Shown here: positions 10,078 through 20,638 of the stretch, piece after piece | Layout of the letters: the number at the start of each line of letters is the position of its first letter | How positions within the stretch are numbered: position 1 is the stretch's first letter | NCBI RefSeq assembly: GCF_965229075.1 | Contig: NZ_CBDDIO010000001.1 | Span: forward strand, 1,104,674-1,168,673 | From: Ancylobacter sp. | GTDB taxonomy: Bacteria; Pseudomonadota; Alphaproteobacteria; Rhizobiales; Xanthobacteraceae | DNA length: 64,000 bases | Reading direction: 5' to 3' | Made by a program: the position numbers and the translations under genes | The notes under the pieces: model-generated | The model's database searches: none | What the model was told of the DNA's origin: nothing | What the model saw: the letters and a program-made list of their open reading frames with translations, nothing else

Positions 10078-11040
10078 ATGGACGAGGTCCTCGCGCTCGC
10101 GCTTCCCTTCTTCGGCGTCATTTTCCTGGGGCTGGGATGCGGCCGGCTGGCGCGCATCCCGGAAAGCGGCCTCGCCTGGCTGAGCTTCTTCATCATCTAT
10201 GTCGCCCTGCCGGCTTTGTTCTATTCGCTGGTGGCGCGCACGCCGTTCCACGAACTGACCAATGGCCGATTCATCCTCGCCACCACGGCGACGACGGCGG
10301 TGTGCTTCACCCTGTCGCTGCTGGTCGGGCTGTGGCTGCGGCGCGGCAATTTGCCGGAAGCCTCCATCGCCGCCATTGTCGGCTCCTATTCCAATGTCGG
10401 CTATATGGGGCCGGGGCTGACGCTGGGCGCGCTCGGCGCGGCCGCCTCGGTGCCGACGGCGCTGATCTTCGTCTTCGACAGCCTGTTCTTCTTCACCATC
10501 GTGCCGGTGCTGATGGCGATCGGCGGGCGCGACCGGCGCGGGCTCGGCCACACGCTGCTGCTCGTGGTGCGCCGCGTGGTCACGCACCCCTTCAATGTCG
10601 CGACCTTCCTCGGCGTGCTCTCGGCCTATGCCGAATTCCATCCGCCCGCCGCGATGGAAAAGACCATGGAGTTCCTGCGCAACGCCGCCGCGCCCTGCGC
10701 GCTGTTCACGCTCGGCGTCTCGGTGGCGCTGCGGCCCATGGGCAAGATGCAGAGCGAGGTGCCGTGGCTGCTGGCAATCAAGCTCGTCATCCACCCGGCG
10801 CTGGTGTGGCTGGTGCTGAGCCTCGTCGGCGGGTTCGATCCGGTGTGGATCGCCACCGCCGTGCTGATGGCGAGCCTGCCGCCGGCGCTGAACGCCTTCA
10901 TCATGGCCAAGCAGTACGACACCTATGTCGCCGGCGCGTCCGGTGGCGTGCTGGTCGGCACGGTGGTCTCGGTGGCGACCGTCACCGCCATGCTCTATGC
11001 CCTGCAGCACGACATGCTACCGCACGGGCTGCTGCAATAG
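10078..11040 (+). CDS. AEC (auxin efflux carrier) family transporter
   Basis: 320-aa polytopic membrane protein with about 10 hydrophobic segments and a two-halves AEC-type organisation. Confidence 0.7.
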   Translation: MDEVLALALPFFGVIFLGLGCGRLARIPESGLAWLSFFIIYVALPALFYSLVARTPFHELTNGRFILATTATTAVCFTLSLLVGLWLRRGNLPEASIAAIVGSYSNVGYMGPGLTLGALGAAASVPTALIFVFDSLFFFTIVPVLMAIGGRDRRGLGHTLLLVVRRVVTHPFNVATFLGVLSAYAEFHPPAAMEKTMEFLRNAAAPCALFTLGVSVALRPMGKMQSEVPWLLAIKLVIHPALVWLVLSLVGGFDPVWIATAVLMASLPPALNAFIMAKQYDTYVAGASGGVLVGTVVSVATVTAMLYALQHDMLPHGLLQ

Positions 11041-11071
11041 CCGAGAGGGCGACTGACCGATCTGCGCGGCT

Positions 11072-12283
11072 TTAAAGCGGCGCCCCGGCCAGCAGGCGCG
11101 GCACGTCGCTGGTCGGCCCCACCCCCTCGCGCATCACCAGCCGCCGCAGGCCCGGCGAGCGGCCGAGCATATAGAGGCCGAGCCCGCGCAGGCCGGCGAC
11201 GGGGAGAAGATCGGTGAGCAGCGAGCGGTTGAACAGATCGATGGCAAAGCCGCGCGCGGCGACATCGCGGCGGCGGCGGCGCTCATAGGCCTCCGTCACT
11301 TCGGCGCCGCCAATGTCGCGCCCGGCGCGCACCGCGTCGCTGGCGATCTCGGCGAGGGTGGCGGCGTCGCGGACGCCGAGATTGAGCCCCTGCGCGCCGA
11401 TGGGAGGAATGATGTGGGCGGCTTCGCCAATCAGCGCGATGCGGCCACGGGCGAAATGCGTCGCGGTGCGCTGGCTGAGCGGGAAACTGCCGCGGGGCGA
11501 ATCGAGCCGCATCGTCCCGAGCAGCGAATGCGCCTTGCGCTCCATCTCACGCGCGAAGGCGGCCTCATCGAGCGCCGCCAGCGCTTCCGCCTCCGCCGCC
11601 GAAACGACGCAGACGACGCTGGAGCGATTCCCGGGCAGGGGCACGAGGGTGAACGGGCCGGTGCGGGTGTGGAATTCGGTGGAAATGTCGCAATGCGGGC
11701 GGCTATGGGCGAGGGTGGCGGTGACGGCGACCTGGGGATAGGCGCGCGTGGTCACCTCGATGCCGGCGGCCTGCCGGCAGGGGGAATTGCGCCCATCCGC
11801 CGCCGCCACCAGCGCGGCGTCGACCGGTTCGCCGCTGTCCAGTTCCAGCGTCGCATGGGTGGGGGTCTCGGTGACGGCGGAGACGGCGGCCTCACGCCGT
11901 GTGATGCCGGGCGTCGCCGCGACGGCGGCGTCGAGCGCGGCGAGCAGCGCCTCGTTCTCGACATTCCAGGCGAAGCCGTCGAGCCCCAGCTCGCCGGCGC
12001 GGAATTCGACCTCGGGGGCGCGGATCAGCCGGCCGGTATCGTCCACCAGCCGCATGACCCGCAGCGGCGAGGCGCTCGGGCGCAGGCGCGGCCACACGCC
12101 GAGCGCTTCCAGCGCCTTTACCGAGCCGTCCATCAGCGCCGTGGCGCGCGGATCGACCGCGCGGGGCGGGGCGATGAGGGTGACAGGGATGCCGCCCGCC
12201 GCCAGCGCCAGCGCGGCGATAAGGCCGCTGGCACCGCCGCCGACCACCGCCGCCCGCTGTCCTGTGTGCAGTTCGGATGACAT
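11072..12283 (-). CDS. UbiH/UbiF/VisC/COQ6-family FAD-dependent hydroxylase
   Basis: It has the GxGxxG motif (AAVVGGGASGL), ADGRNS, and the GEAAHIIPPIGAQGLNLGVRD fingerprint. The ATG at 12283 is preceded by GGAGG. Confidence 0.8.
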   Translation of the reverse strand: MSSELHTGQRAAVVGGGASGLIAALALAAGGIPVTLIAPPRAVDPRATALMDGSVKALEALGVWPRLRPSASPLRVMRLVDDTGRLIRAPEVEFRAGELGLDGFAWNVENEALLAALDAAVAATPGITRREAAVSAVTETPTHATLELDSGEPVDAALVAAADGRNSPCRQAAGIEVTTRAYPQVAVTATLAHSRPHCDISTEFHTRTGPFTLVPLPGNRSSVVCVVSAAEAEALAALDEAAFAREMERKAHSLLGTMRLDSPRGSFPLSQRTATHFARGRIALIGEAAHIIPPIGAQGLNLGVRDAATLAEIASDAVRAGRDIGGAEVTEAYERRRRRDVAARGFAIDLFNRSLLTDLLPVAGLRGLGLYMLGRSPGLRRLVMREGVGPTSDVPRLLAGAPL

Positions 12284-12455
12284 GTGAACCTCCATGTGCA
12301 TCACCGGGACTATAAGCCGGACCTGGAGTGTGGGATAAGCAGCCCGGCGTGGTCTGGCAATGCGGATCGCGGCGGGCGCATGTTATATGTCAGATGTTGA
12401 AGAGGCAGGCGGCGATCCCACGGGTCGCACGGTCGGGGGAGGAGAGCCGGTGGCG

Positions 12456-13187
12456 ATGACAACCAAGTCGCTCAGTGCGGGGCCGGCCGGACGACGCACG
12501 CTTGCCTTCGCCGTCCACATCTTCACCGCCTCCGGGGCGGTGTGCGGCCTTATGGCGCTGATGGCGGCGGTGGAAGGCCATTGGGCGATCATGTTCGCCT
12601 GGCTCGGCATCGCGCTGTTCGTCGACGGCATTGACGGCACCATGGCCCGGCGGGCGAAGGTGGGCGAGGTGCTGCCGCGCTGGTCGGGCGACACGCTGGA
12701 CCTCGTGGTCGACTACCTCACCTATTGCCTTGTGCCGGCCTTCGCGGTGGCGAGCGGCGGGCTGATGCCGTTCTGGCTGGCGGTGGCGGCGAGCGCCACC
12801 ATCCTGCTCACCAGCGCGCTCTATTTCGCCGACACCTCGATGAAGACCGACGACCTGTATTTCCAGGGCTTTCCGGCGGTGTGGAACGTGGTGGTGTTCT
12901 ATTTCTTCCTGGTGCCGCTGAACCCGTTCGTGATCGCCGGCATCATCGCGCTGCTCGCCGTGCTGACCTTCCTGCCGATCAAGTTCGTGCATCCTTTCCG
13001 CGTCGTGCGGCTGCGGCTCGTCACCCTCGCGCTGCTGGCGCTGTGGGCGGTGCTAGCGGTGATCGCGGTGCTTGAGGACATGCGGCCGGATGTGTGGGTG
13101 ACGGTGGGGCTGTGCGCCTGCGCGGTCTATTTCGCGCTGTTCGGGGTGATTCCGGTGCGCAAGCGCGCGGCCGGCCCGCAGAGCTGA
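12456..13187 (+). CDS. pcs: phosphatidylcholine synthase (CDP-alcohol phosphatidyltransferase family)
   Basis: It has the DGIDGTMARRAKV...GDTLDLVVDY CDP-alcohol motif and several TM segments. The sequence pattern (HIFTASGAVCGL...) is as in bacterial Pcs. Confidence 0.75.
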   Translation: MTTKSLSAGPAGRRTLAFAVHIFTASGAVCGLMALMAAVEGHWAIMFAWLGIALFVDGIDGTMARRAKVGEVLPRWSGDTLDLVVDYLTYCLVPAFAVASGGLMPFWLAVAASATILLTSALYFADTSMKTDDLYFQGFPAVWNVVVFYFFLVPLNPFVIAGIIALLAVLTFLPIKFVHPFRVVRLRLVTLALLALWAVLAVIAVLEDMRPDVWVTVGLCACAVYFALFGVIPVRKRAAGPQS

Positions 13188-13230
13188 GCCCCGGCGGCCT
13201 TCCCCTTTCCCTTCTCGTCAGGAGAGCACG

Positions 13231-14208
13231 ATGGTCGTGGCGATTCGCATCCATGAAACCGGTGGACCCGAGGTCCTCCGGCTGGAAGAGGTGACGCTCG
13301 GCATGCCCGACCCGGGCGAGGTGCGCCTGCGCCACACCGCCATCGGGCTCAATTTCATCGACACCTATTTCCGCAGCGGCCTCTACCCGGCGCCGGGCGG
13401 GCTGCCCTTCACCCCCGGCAATGAGGCGGCCGGCATCGTGCTGCAGGTCGGCGAGGGGGTGAGCGGGTTCAAGCCGGGCGACCGCGTCGCCTATGGCTCC
13501 TCGCTCGGCGCCTATTGCAGCGAGCGCATCATCTCCGCCGCGCCGCTGGTGAAGCTGCCCGATTCCATCGCCGACGAGACCGCCGCCGCGATGATGCTGA
13601 AGGGCATGACGGCGCGCTATCTGCTGCGGCAGACGCACAAGGTGAAGGCGGGCGACACGCTGCTCGTGCATGCGGCCGCGGGCGGCGTGGGGCAGATCCT
13701 GTGCCAGTGGGCGACGCATCTCGGCGCCACCGTCATCGCCACGGTGGGCTCGGCGGCGAAGGCGGAGATCGCCAAGGAATGCGGCGCCGCCTATGTCATC
13801 AACTATTCCGAAGAGGATTTCGTCGCGCGGGTGAAGGACATCACCGAAGGCGCGCTGTGCGATGTCGTCTATGACGGGGTGGGGCAGGCGACCTACCCGG
13901 CCTCGCTCGACTGCATCAAGCCGCGCGGCCTGTTCGCCAGCTTCGGCAATGCCTCCGGTGCGATCACCAATTTCAGCCTGCTGGCGCTGTCGCAGAAGGG
14001 CTCGCTCTACGCGACGCGGCCGACCCTCGCCACCCATGTCGCCACGCGCGAAGACCTGCTCGCCAATGTCGCCGACCTGTTCGAGGTCGTGTCGTCCGGC
14101 GTGGTGAAGATCCCGGTCAATCAGCGCTACCCGCTCGCCGATGCCGCCGATGCGCATCGGGACCTGGAGGCGCGGCGCACCACCGGATCGACCGTGCTGC
14201 TGCCGTGA
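13231..14208 (+). CDS. qor: NADPH:quinone oxidoreductase (MDR superfamily)
   Basis: 325 aa with a GroES-like N-terminus, the AAGGVG nucleotide motif and the typical Qor layout. AGGAGAG lies upstream of the ATG. Confidence 0.85.
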   Translation: MVVAIRIHETGGPEVLRLEEVTLGMPDPGEVRLRHTAIGLNFIDTYFRSGLYPAPGGLPFTPGNEAAGIVLQVGEGVSGFKPGDRVAYGSSLGAYCSERIISAAPLVKLPDSIADETAAAMMLKGMTARYLLRQTHKVKAGDTLLVHAAAGGVGQILCQWATHLGATVIATVGSAAKAEIAKECGAAYVINYSEEDFVARVKDITEGALCDVVYDGVGQATYPASLDCIKPRGLFASFGNASGAITNFSLLALSQKGSLYATRPTLATHVATREDLLANVADLFEVVSSGVVKIPVNQRYPLADAADAHRDLEARRTTGSTVLLP

Positions 14209-14425
14209 CGGTATCTCGATCCGGCAGACTGACGCAAAACGCGCCAGTTTTCGAAATTTTCGGACCAGACTTTAGGCTTGCCCCGCGTGCCCGCCATGCC
14301 ATGCTGCCGGCTCGTAACCCCTACAGCGTGCTGCGCATGACACTTTCACGCCGCCTCGTTTCCCCGACGTCATGCCCGCGCGGTGCCCGGCACCGCGGCT
14401 GCGGCCGCTAGAACGGGGCGCGGGG

Positions 14426-15991
14426 ATGGGGGAGGCGCCGCACCAGCCGGAATCGCTTCTTGAAGCGGTGGAACTCACCAAGCGCTTCGGCGCGCTGGTG
14501 GCCAATGATCATGTGAGCCTCGCCATCCGCGCCGGCGAGACGCATGCGCTGCTCGGCGAAAACGGCGCCGGCAAGTCCACACTGGTGAAGATGATGTGCG
14601 GCCTGCTGCAGGCCGATTCGGGCGAGCTGCTCTATGAGGGCACGCCGATCGTCTTCCCCGACCCGGCGAGTTCCCGCGCCAAGGGCGTCGGCGTCGTGTT
14701 CCAGCATTTCGCGCTGTTCGACGCGATGACCGTGGTGGAGAACGTCGCGCTGGGGCTGCCCGGCCACCAGCCGCTTTCCGTGCTCGCGGCCCGCATCGAC
14801 GATTGCGTGCGCCGCTATGGCCTTGCCGTCGAGCCCTATCGCCGCGTCGGCGAACTCTCCGTCGGCGAGCGCCAGCGGGTGGAAATCGTCCGCTGCCTGC
14901 TCGGCGACCCGCGTGTGCTGATCCTCGACGAACCGACCTCGGTGCTCACCCCGGACGAATCGGAAAATTTGTTCCGCACCGTCGATGTGCTCACCGGCGA
15001 GGGACGGGCGGTGCTGTTCATCAGCCACAAGCTGGACGAGGTGCGCCGGCTCTGCCACCGCGCCACCGTGCTGCGGGGCGGCAAGTTCATCGCCGAGGTC
15101 GATCCCAAGCGCGAATCCTCCGCCAGTCTCGCCCGGCTGATGGTGGGGGCGGAAGTGCCGCGCACGCCGCGCGTGACGACCCACGCGCTGGGCGAGCCGC
15201 GCCTCTTGGTGCGCCACCTCAACCTTCCCGGCGACGGGTCGCGCGGTTCGGCCCTGCACGACATCAATATCGAGGTGCGTGCGGGCGAGATCGTCGGCAT
15301 CGCCGGCGTGGCGGGCAATGGCCAGACGGCGCTGTTCAACGTGCTCTCGGGCGAAACCCTGGTCGAGGACCAGGAGAGCATCGTCATCGACAAGGTGGCT
15401 GCCGGCGGGCTCGGCCCCACCGAGCGCCGGGCGCTCGGCGCCGGCTTCGTGCCGGAGGAGCGACTGGGCCATGCCGCCGCTCCCGATATGCGCCTGTCCG
15501 ACAATGTGCTGCTGACCACCCATGGCGACGGCGAGATCGTCACGGCGGATGTCATTCGCCGCACCACCCTGTTCGGCCGCTTCCAGAAGATCGTGAAGGG
15601 CTTCGACGTGCGCTTCGGCGGCAAGGACCCGAAGGCGCGGCGGCTGTCCGGCGGCAATCTGCAGAAATTCGTCATCGGGCGCGAAGTGCTGCGCAACCCG
15701 GTCCTCATCGTCGTCGACCAGCCGACCTGGGGTGTGGATGCCGCGGCCGCCGGCTTCATCCGCACCACGCTGCGCGAGCGCGCGGCGCAGGGCTGCGCCG
15801 TGCTGGTGGTGAGCCAGGATCTCGACGAGCTGCTGGAATTCACCGACCGCATCGCCGTGATGAGCGAGGGGCGTCTCACCGCCCCGGTGCCGGTGGAAGA
15901 AACCTCGCGCGAGGCGATCGGCCTCGCCATGGGCGGCGCTCATGGCGCGCATGATGCCGACGCGGAGGGGGAGGGCCACCATGCCGCTTAG
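14426..15991 (+). CDS. ABC transporter ATP-binding protein (double cassette; BMP/nucleoside-sugar type)
   Basis: It has two ABC cassettes: GENGAGKST / LSVGERQRVEI / LILDEPTS, and a second with LSGGNLQKFVIGRE / VVDQPTWGVD. Confidence 0.85.
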   Translation: MGEAPHQPESLLEAVELTKRFGALVANDHVSLAIRAGETHALLGENGAGKSTLVKMMCGLLQADSGELLYEGTPIVFPDPASSRAKGVGVVFQHFALFDAMTVVENVALGLPGHQPLSVLAARIDDCVRRYGLAVEPYRRVGELSVGERQRVEIVRCLLGDPRVLILDEPTSVLTPDESENLFRTVDVLTGEGRAVLFISHKLDEVRRLCHRATVLRGGKFIAEVDPKRESSASLARLMVGAEVPRTPRVTTHALGEPRLLVRHLNLPGDGSRGSALHDINIEVRAGEIVGIAGVAGNGQTALFNVLSGETLVEDQESIVIDKVAAGGLGPTERRALGAGFVPEERLGHAAAPDMRLSDNVLLTTHGDGEIVTADVIRRTTLFGRFQKIVKGFDVRFGGKDPKARRLSGGNLQKFVIGREVLRNPVLIVVDQPTWGVDAAAAGFIRTTLRERAAQGCAVLVVSQDLDELLEFTDRIAVMSEGRLTAPVPVEETSREAIGLAMGGAHGAHDADAEGEGHHAA

Positions 15992-17057
15992 GCTTGAACG
16001 GCAGGAGAACATCTCTCCCCTGCGCCACGCGCTGGCGCCGCTGGTGGCGCTCCTCGTCACGCTGGTGGTCGGGGCCTTCATGTTCGTCGTGCTCGGCCAC
16101 GATCCGGTACGCGCCTTCGCCATCTATTTCATCGAGCCGCTGGGCGACCCCTACACGCTGCAGGAGCTGGTGGTGAAGGCGGCGCCGCTGCTGCTGATCG
16201 GCGTCGGCCTCGCCTTCTGCTACCGCGCCAATCGCTGGAACATCGGCGCCGAGGGCCAGTATGTCGCCGGCGCCGTGCTCGGCTCCTGGCTGGCGCTGGC
16301 GACCAATGGCACTGAGGCCGGGCCGTGGGTGCTGCCGGCCATGCTGGTGCTGGGCGCCATTGGCGGGGCGCTGTGGGGGCTGATCCCCGCCTTTCTGCGG
16401 GTGCGCTTCGGCTCCAGCGAAATCCTCACCAGCCTGATGCTGGTCTATGTGGCGCAGCTCGGGCTGGATTATCTCGTGCGCGGCCCCTGGCGCGACCCGC
16501 AGGGCTTCAACTTCCCGCAAAGCGTCACCTTCGACGATGTGGCGCTGATGCCGCTGCTGATAGGCGAGGGGCGGCTGCATGCCGGCATCGTCATCGCGCT
16601 GCTGGCGGTGATCGCCGCCACCTTCGTGCTCGGGCGCACGCTGGTGGGCTTTTCCATCGAACTGGCCGGCTCGGCGCCGCGCGCCGCCGCCTTCGCCGGT
16701 TTCGACGAGAAGCGTGTGACCTATGGCGTGTTCGCGGTGTCCGGCGCGCTGGCGGGGCTGGCCGGCATCATCGAGGTGGCCGGGCCCATCGGCCAGCTGC
16801 AACCGACGATCTCGCCCGGCTATGGCTTCACCGCCATCATCGCCGCCATGCTCGGCCGGCTGCACCCGGTGGGCATCCTCATCGCCAGCCTCGTGCTCGC
16901 CCTGACCTATATTGGCGGCGAGGCGGCGCAGATCAGCATGCGCCTGCCCTTCGACGTGACCCGGGTGTTTCAGGGCACGCTGCTGATCGCCATTCTCGCG
17001 GCCGATGTGCTGGTGCGCTACCGCATCCGCCGGGTGGAGGGAGCGACCCATGCTTGA
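15981..17057 (+). CDS. ABC transporter permease
   Basis: Polytopic BPD_transp_2-type permease. The ATG at 15981 overlaps the upstream stop. Confidence 0.8.
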   Translation: MPLRLERQENISPLRHALAPLVALLVTLVVGAFMFVVLGHDPVRAFAIYFIEPLGDPYTLQELVVKAAPLLLIGVGLAFCYRANRWNIGAEGQYVAGAVLGSWLALATNGTEAGPWVLPAMLVLGAIGGALWGLIPAFLRVRFGSSEILTSLMLVYVAQLGLDYLVRGPWRDPQGFNFPQSVTFDDVALMPLLIGEGRLHAGIVIALLAVIAATFVLGRTLVGFSIELAGSAPRAAAFAGFDEKRVTYGVFAVSGALAGLAGIIEVAGPIGQLQPTISPGYGFTAIIAAMLGRLHPVGILIASLVLALTYIGGEAAQISMRLPFDVTRVFQGTLLIAILAADVLVRYRIRRVEGATHA

Positions 17058-17973
17058 CGTGGCCATCCTCGGCGCGGTGCTCGCCAGCATCGTGGCGGCG
17101 GCGACGACGCTGCTCATCGCCTCGCTCGGCGAACTGGTGGCGGAACGCGCCGGCACGCTCAATCTCGGCGTCGAGGGCATGATGATCGTCGGTGCCGCCG
17201 TCGGCTATGCCACCGCCTATGGATCGGGCAGCCTGCTGCTCGGCACGCTGGCGGCGGTGCTGGCCGGGGTGCTGCTTTCCCTCGTCTTTGCCGGCCTTGC
17301 CATCTGGCTGGCGACCAACCAGGTCGCCTCCGGTCTCGCCACCACCATTCTCGGCCTCGGCGTCGCCGGGCTGATCGGCTCCAATTTCGTCGGCACACGG
17401 CTCGACGGCGCGCCGGAACTGGTGATCCCCGGTCTGACCGACCTGCCGATCATCGGCGAGGCGGTGTTCGGGCAGAATGCCTATGTCTACGCCTCGCTGG
17501 TGCTGCTCGCGGCGGTGACCTACACGCTGGCGCGCACCCGCATCGGCCTCGTGCTGCGGGCGGTGGGCGAGAACCACGCGGCGGCGCATGCGCTCGGCCA
17601 CCCCGTGCGCGGCATCCGCACGCTGGCGGTGATGTTCGGCGGCGCCTGCGCCGGGCTCGCCGGGGCGCATCTCTCCCTCGCCTATACGCCGTTCTGGGCC
17701 AGCGACATGACCGCCGGGCGCGGCTGGATCGCGCTAGCGCTGGTGGTATTCTCCGCCTGGCGGCCGCTCTGGCTGCTGGGCGGCGCCTATCTGTTCGGCG
17801 CGGTCTCGATCTTGCAGCTGCATGCGCAGGGGTTCGGGCTGGGCATTCCCTCGCAGCTCTTGTCGTCGCTGCCTTATCTCGCGACGATCGCGGCGCTGGT
17901 GGTGATCTCGGCGCTGAAGCACGGGCAGGGGGCGCCGGCCTCGCTGGGCGTGCCCTTCGTGCCGGACCGCTGA
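17050..17973 (+). CDS. ABC transporter permease
   Basis: Second polytopic permease. The ATG at 17050 (MLDVAILGAV) overlaps the end of the previous gene. Confidence 0.8.
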   Translation: MLDVAILGAVLASIVAAATTLLIASLGELVAERAGTLNLGVEGMMIVGAAVGYATAYGSGSLLLGTLAAVLAGVLLSLVFAGLAIWLATNQVASGLATTILGLGVAGLIGSNFVGTRLDGAPELVIPGLTDLPIIGEAVFGQNAYVYASLVLLAAVTYTLARTRIGLVLRAVGENHAAAHALGHPVRGIRTLAVMFGGACAGLAGAHLSLAYTPFWASDMTAGRGWIALALVVFSAWRPLWLLGGAYLFGAVSILQLHAQGFGLGIPSQLLSSLPYLATIAALVVISALKHGQGAPASLGVPFVPDR

Positions 17974-18072
17974 CGACGACAGACCCGGCCGCGCCACGCG
18001 GCCTCCCGGCGCGCGAAGCGGTCGCGCGTGCCGGTGATCCCTCCGGCCGCGACTGACGGAGCGGAGACGTTC

Positions 18073-19155
18073 ATGCGCAAGATTCTCTCCATGGCGGTGG
18101 CCATCGCCTCGGGCCTCGCCCTCGCCGGGGCGGCGGCGCCGGCCAAGGCGGCGGAGAAACTGAAGGCGGCCTGGGTCTATGTCGGACCGGTCGGCGATTT
18201 CGGCTGGTCCTACCAGCACGACCAGGGCCGGCTCGCGGTCGAGAAGAAGTTCGGCGACAAGGTGGAGACCACCTTTGTCGAGAACGTCTCCGAGGGGCCG
18301 GACGCCGAGCGCGTGATCGAGCAGCTGGCGCGCGCCGGCAACAAGATCATCTTTACCACCTCCTTCGGCTTCATGGAGCCGACGCTGAAGGTGGCCAAGC
18401 GCCACCCCAACGTCTATTTCGAGCACGCCACCGGCTTCAAGCGGGCCAAGAACGTCTCGACCTATGCCGCCAAGTTCCATGAGGGCCGCTATGTCCTCGG
18501 CCAGATCGCGGCCAAGATGTCGAAGACCGGCACGGTGGGCTACATCGCCTCCTTCCCGATCCCGGAAGTGATCTCCGGTATCAATTCGCTGATGCTGGGC
18601 GCGCAGTCGGTCAATCCCGACATGAAGATCAAGATCGTCTGGGTGAATTCCTGGTTCGACCCGGCCAAGGAAGCCGACGCCGCCAAGGCACTGATCGACC
18701 AGGGCGCGGACATCATTTCCCAGCACACCGACAGCCCGGCCGCCATGCAGGCCGCCGAGTCGCGCGGCGCCAAGGCGTTCGGCCAGGCCTCGGACATGAT
18801 CAAGTTCGGCCCGAACGCGCAGCTCACCGCCATCGTCGACGACTGGGCGCCCTATTACATCGAGCGCGTGCAGGCCGCCCTCGACGGCACCTGGACCTCC
18901 ACCGACACCTGGGGCGGCATGAAGGATGGCGAGGTGGTGATGGCCCCCTACACCAACATGCCCGACGACGTGAAGAAGATGGCCGAGGCCACCCAGGCCG
19001 CCATCACCTCCGGCGCGCTGCACCCCTTCAAGGGCCCGATCCTCAACCAGAAGGGCGAGGTCGTGGTGAAGGAGGGCGAGGTTCTCGCCGACAAGGACAT
19101 CCTGTCGATGAACTGGTACGTGAAGGGCATCGACGACACCGTGCCGGGCAAGTAG
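18073..19155 (+). CDS. BMP-family ABC transporter substrate-binding protein (purine nucleoside-type)
   Basis: It has a signal peptide (MRKILSMAVAIASGLALAGAAAPAKA) and Bmp/PnrA-like PBP1 sequence (VGPVGDFGWSYQHDQG..., FPIPEVISGIN). Confidence 0.85.
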   Translation: MRKILSMAVAIASGLALAGAAAPAKAAEKLKAAWVYVGPVGDFGWSYQHDQGRLAVEKKFGDKVETTFVENVSEGPDAERVIEQLARAGNKIIFTTSFGFMEPTLKVAKRHPNVYFEHATGFKRAKNVSTYAAKFHEGRYVLGQIAAKMSKTGTVGYIASFPIPEVISGINSLMLGAQSVNPDMKIKIVWVNSWFDPAKEADAAKALIDQGADIISQHTDSPAAMQAAESRGAKAFGQASDMIKFGPNAQLTAIVDDWAPYYIERVQAALDGTWTSTDTWGGMKDGEVVMAPYTNMPDDVKKMAEATQAAITSGALHPFKGPILNQKGEVVVKEGEVLADKDILSMNWYVKGIDDTVPGK

Positions 19156-19408
19156 CCCCGCGCCGCCCATTGTGCGGAGCCTTTGGCGGCGCGGCTCCGG
19201 CCGTGCCGCCGCAAGGACCGAACCCGGCGGCACCGGCGATGGCGTTTCCCGTGGACAGCGCCGACGCCGGCGCCTTCCCTTTTCCCCCGCTTTTTCCCGA
19301 TCTTCGCGCCGCCGCGCCCGGACGCTATGCTGTGGCACCGGCGCTCTCTCGGCGCGCGGTTTCAAAGGCCTCCGACAGTGGCGGCCCAGACGGAGCGGTG
19401 AGGTGAGC

Positions 19409-20638
19409 ATGTCCGGCGACGATGACGGGCTGGCGCGCGAGGTCGAATTCCTCAAGGCGCTGGTGCGGGTTCCCAGCGACAACCCGCCGGGCGACTGCGC
19501 CCCGCATGCGGAAGTGGCGGCGCGGCTGCTGGAAGAACTCGGCTTCACCGTCGAGCGCCACGCGGTGCCGGAGCCTTTTGTGCGCGCGCACGGCATGAAA
19601 TCCGTGGTCAACCTCATCGTCCGCGAGCGTTTCGGCAGCGGCGGCGGCCCGGTGATCGCCCTCAACGCCCATGGCGACGTGGTGCCTCCCGGCGAGGGCT
19701 GGACCTATGACCCCTATGGCGCCGTCGAAAAGGGCGAGGCGATCTATGGGCGCGGGGCGGCGGTGTCGAAATCCGATTTCGCCACCTATGCCTTCGCGCT
19801 GCTGGCACTGAAGCAGCGGCCGGAAGGGCTCGACGGCACGGTCGAACTGCATTTCACCTATGATGAGGAGGCCGGCGGCTTTGTCGGGCCGCAATGGCTG
19901 CTGGGGCAGGGGATCAGCGCGCCCGACCTCGCCATCTCCGCCGGCTTCTCCTATGCCGTTGTCGTGGCGCATAATGGCTGCCTGCACATGGAAATCGTGG
20001 TGCGCGGCCGGCAGGCGCATGCGGCGATGCCGGAAACCGGCGCCGACGCGCTGGAAGCCGCCACCGCCATCCTCAGCGCGATCTATGCCGAGCGCCGGCG
20101 GCTCAGCAGCCGCATCAGCGCCACGCCGGGCATCGGCTCGCCGAAGATCACCGTCGGCCTCATCTCCGGCGGCATCAATACCAATGTGGTGCCCGACCGC
20201 ATCGTGCTGCGGGTCGACCGGCGGCTGACGCCGGAAGAGCATGGCGAGAGCGTCGAGGCGGAACTGCATGCGCTGGTGGAGGGCGCCGTAGCGGGGCAGG
20301 CGGGCATCGAGATCGAATGCCGCCGCCTCATCCTCGCCGAGCCGCTGCGCACCTTGCCGGGCACGGAGCGGCTGGTGGAGACGATCCAGCGCCACGCGAC
20401 CGAAGTGCTGGGCGAAACCCCGCCCGCCACCGCCGTGCCGCTCTACACCGATGCCCGCCACTACACGGCGGCGGGCGTGCCCACCGTGCTCTACGGCGCC
20501 GGGCCGCGCTCCATTCTGGAAGCCAACGCCCATGCCGCCGACGAGCATGTGCGCATCCGCGACCTCAAGGCGGCGACGCAGGTGATCGAAGCCGCGCTAC
20601 GCGACCTCTTGAAACCCCAAGCCGGAGCCGCCGCGTGA
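19409..20638 (+). CDS. M20 family metallohydrolase (ArgE/DapE-type deacylase)
   Basis: It has M20 motifs (NAHGDVVPPGEGW, GRGAAVSKSD, the dimerisation-domain block, and DEHVRI near the C-terminus). The ATG at 19409 is preceded by GAGGTGAG. Confidence 0.8.
   Translation: MSGDDDGLAREVEFLKALVRVPSDNPPGDCAPHAEVAARLLEELGFTVERHAVPEPFVRAHGMKSVVNLIVRERFGSGGGPVIALNAHGDVVPPGEGWTYDPYGAVEKGEAIYGRGAAVSKSDFATYAFALLALKQRPEGLDGTVELHFTYDEEAGGFVGPQWLLGQGISAPDLAISAGFSYAVVVAHNGCLHMEIVVRGRQAHAAMPETGADALEAATAILSAIYAERRRLSSRISATPGIGSPKITVGLISGGINTNVVPDRIVLRVDRRLTPEEHGESVEAELHALVEGAVAGQAGIEIECRRLILAEPLRTLPGTERLVETIQRHATEVLGETPPATAVPLYTDARHYTAAGVPTVLYGAGPRSILEANAHAADEHVRIRDLKAATQVIEAALRDLLKPQAGAAA

Noticed and set aside
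14408-19665. Long minus-strand ORFs (14408..16123, 15876..17180, 17734..19665) opposite the BMP-type ABC transporter operon
   Set aside because: Their composition is Arg/Gly/Ala/Pro-rich and repetitive, with no motifs. The plus-strand genes have clear ABC, permease and SBP signatures and coupled starts. These are GC-bias artefacts.
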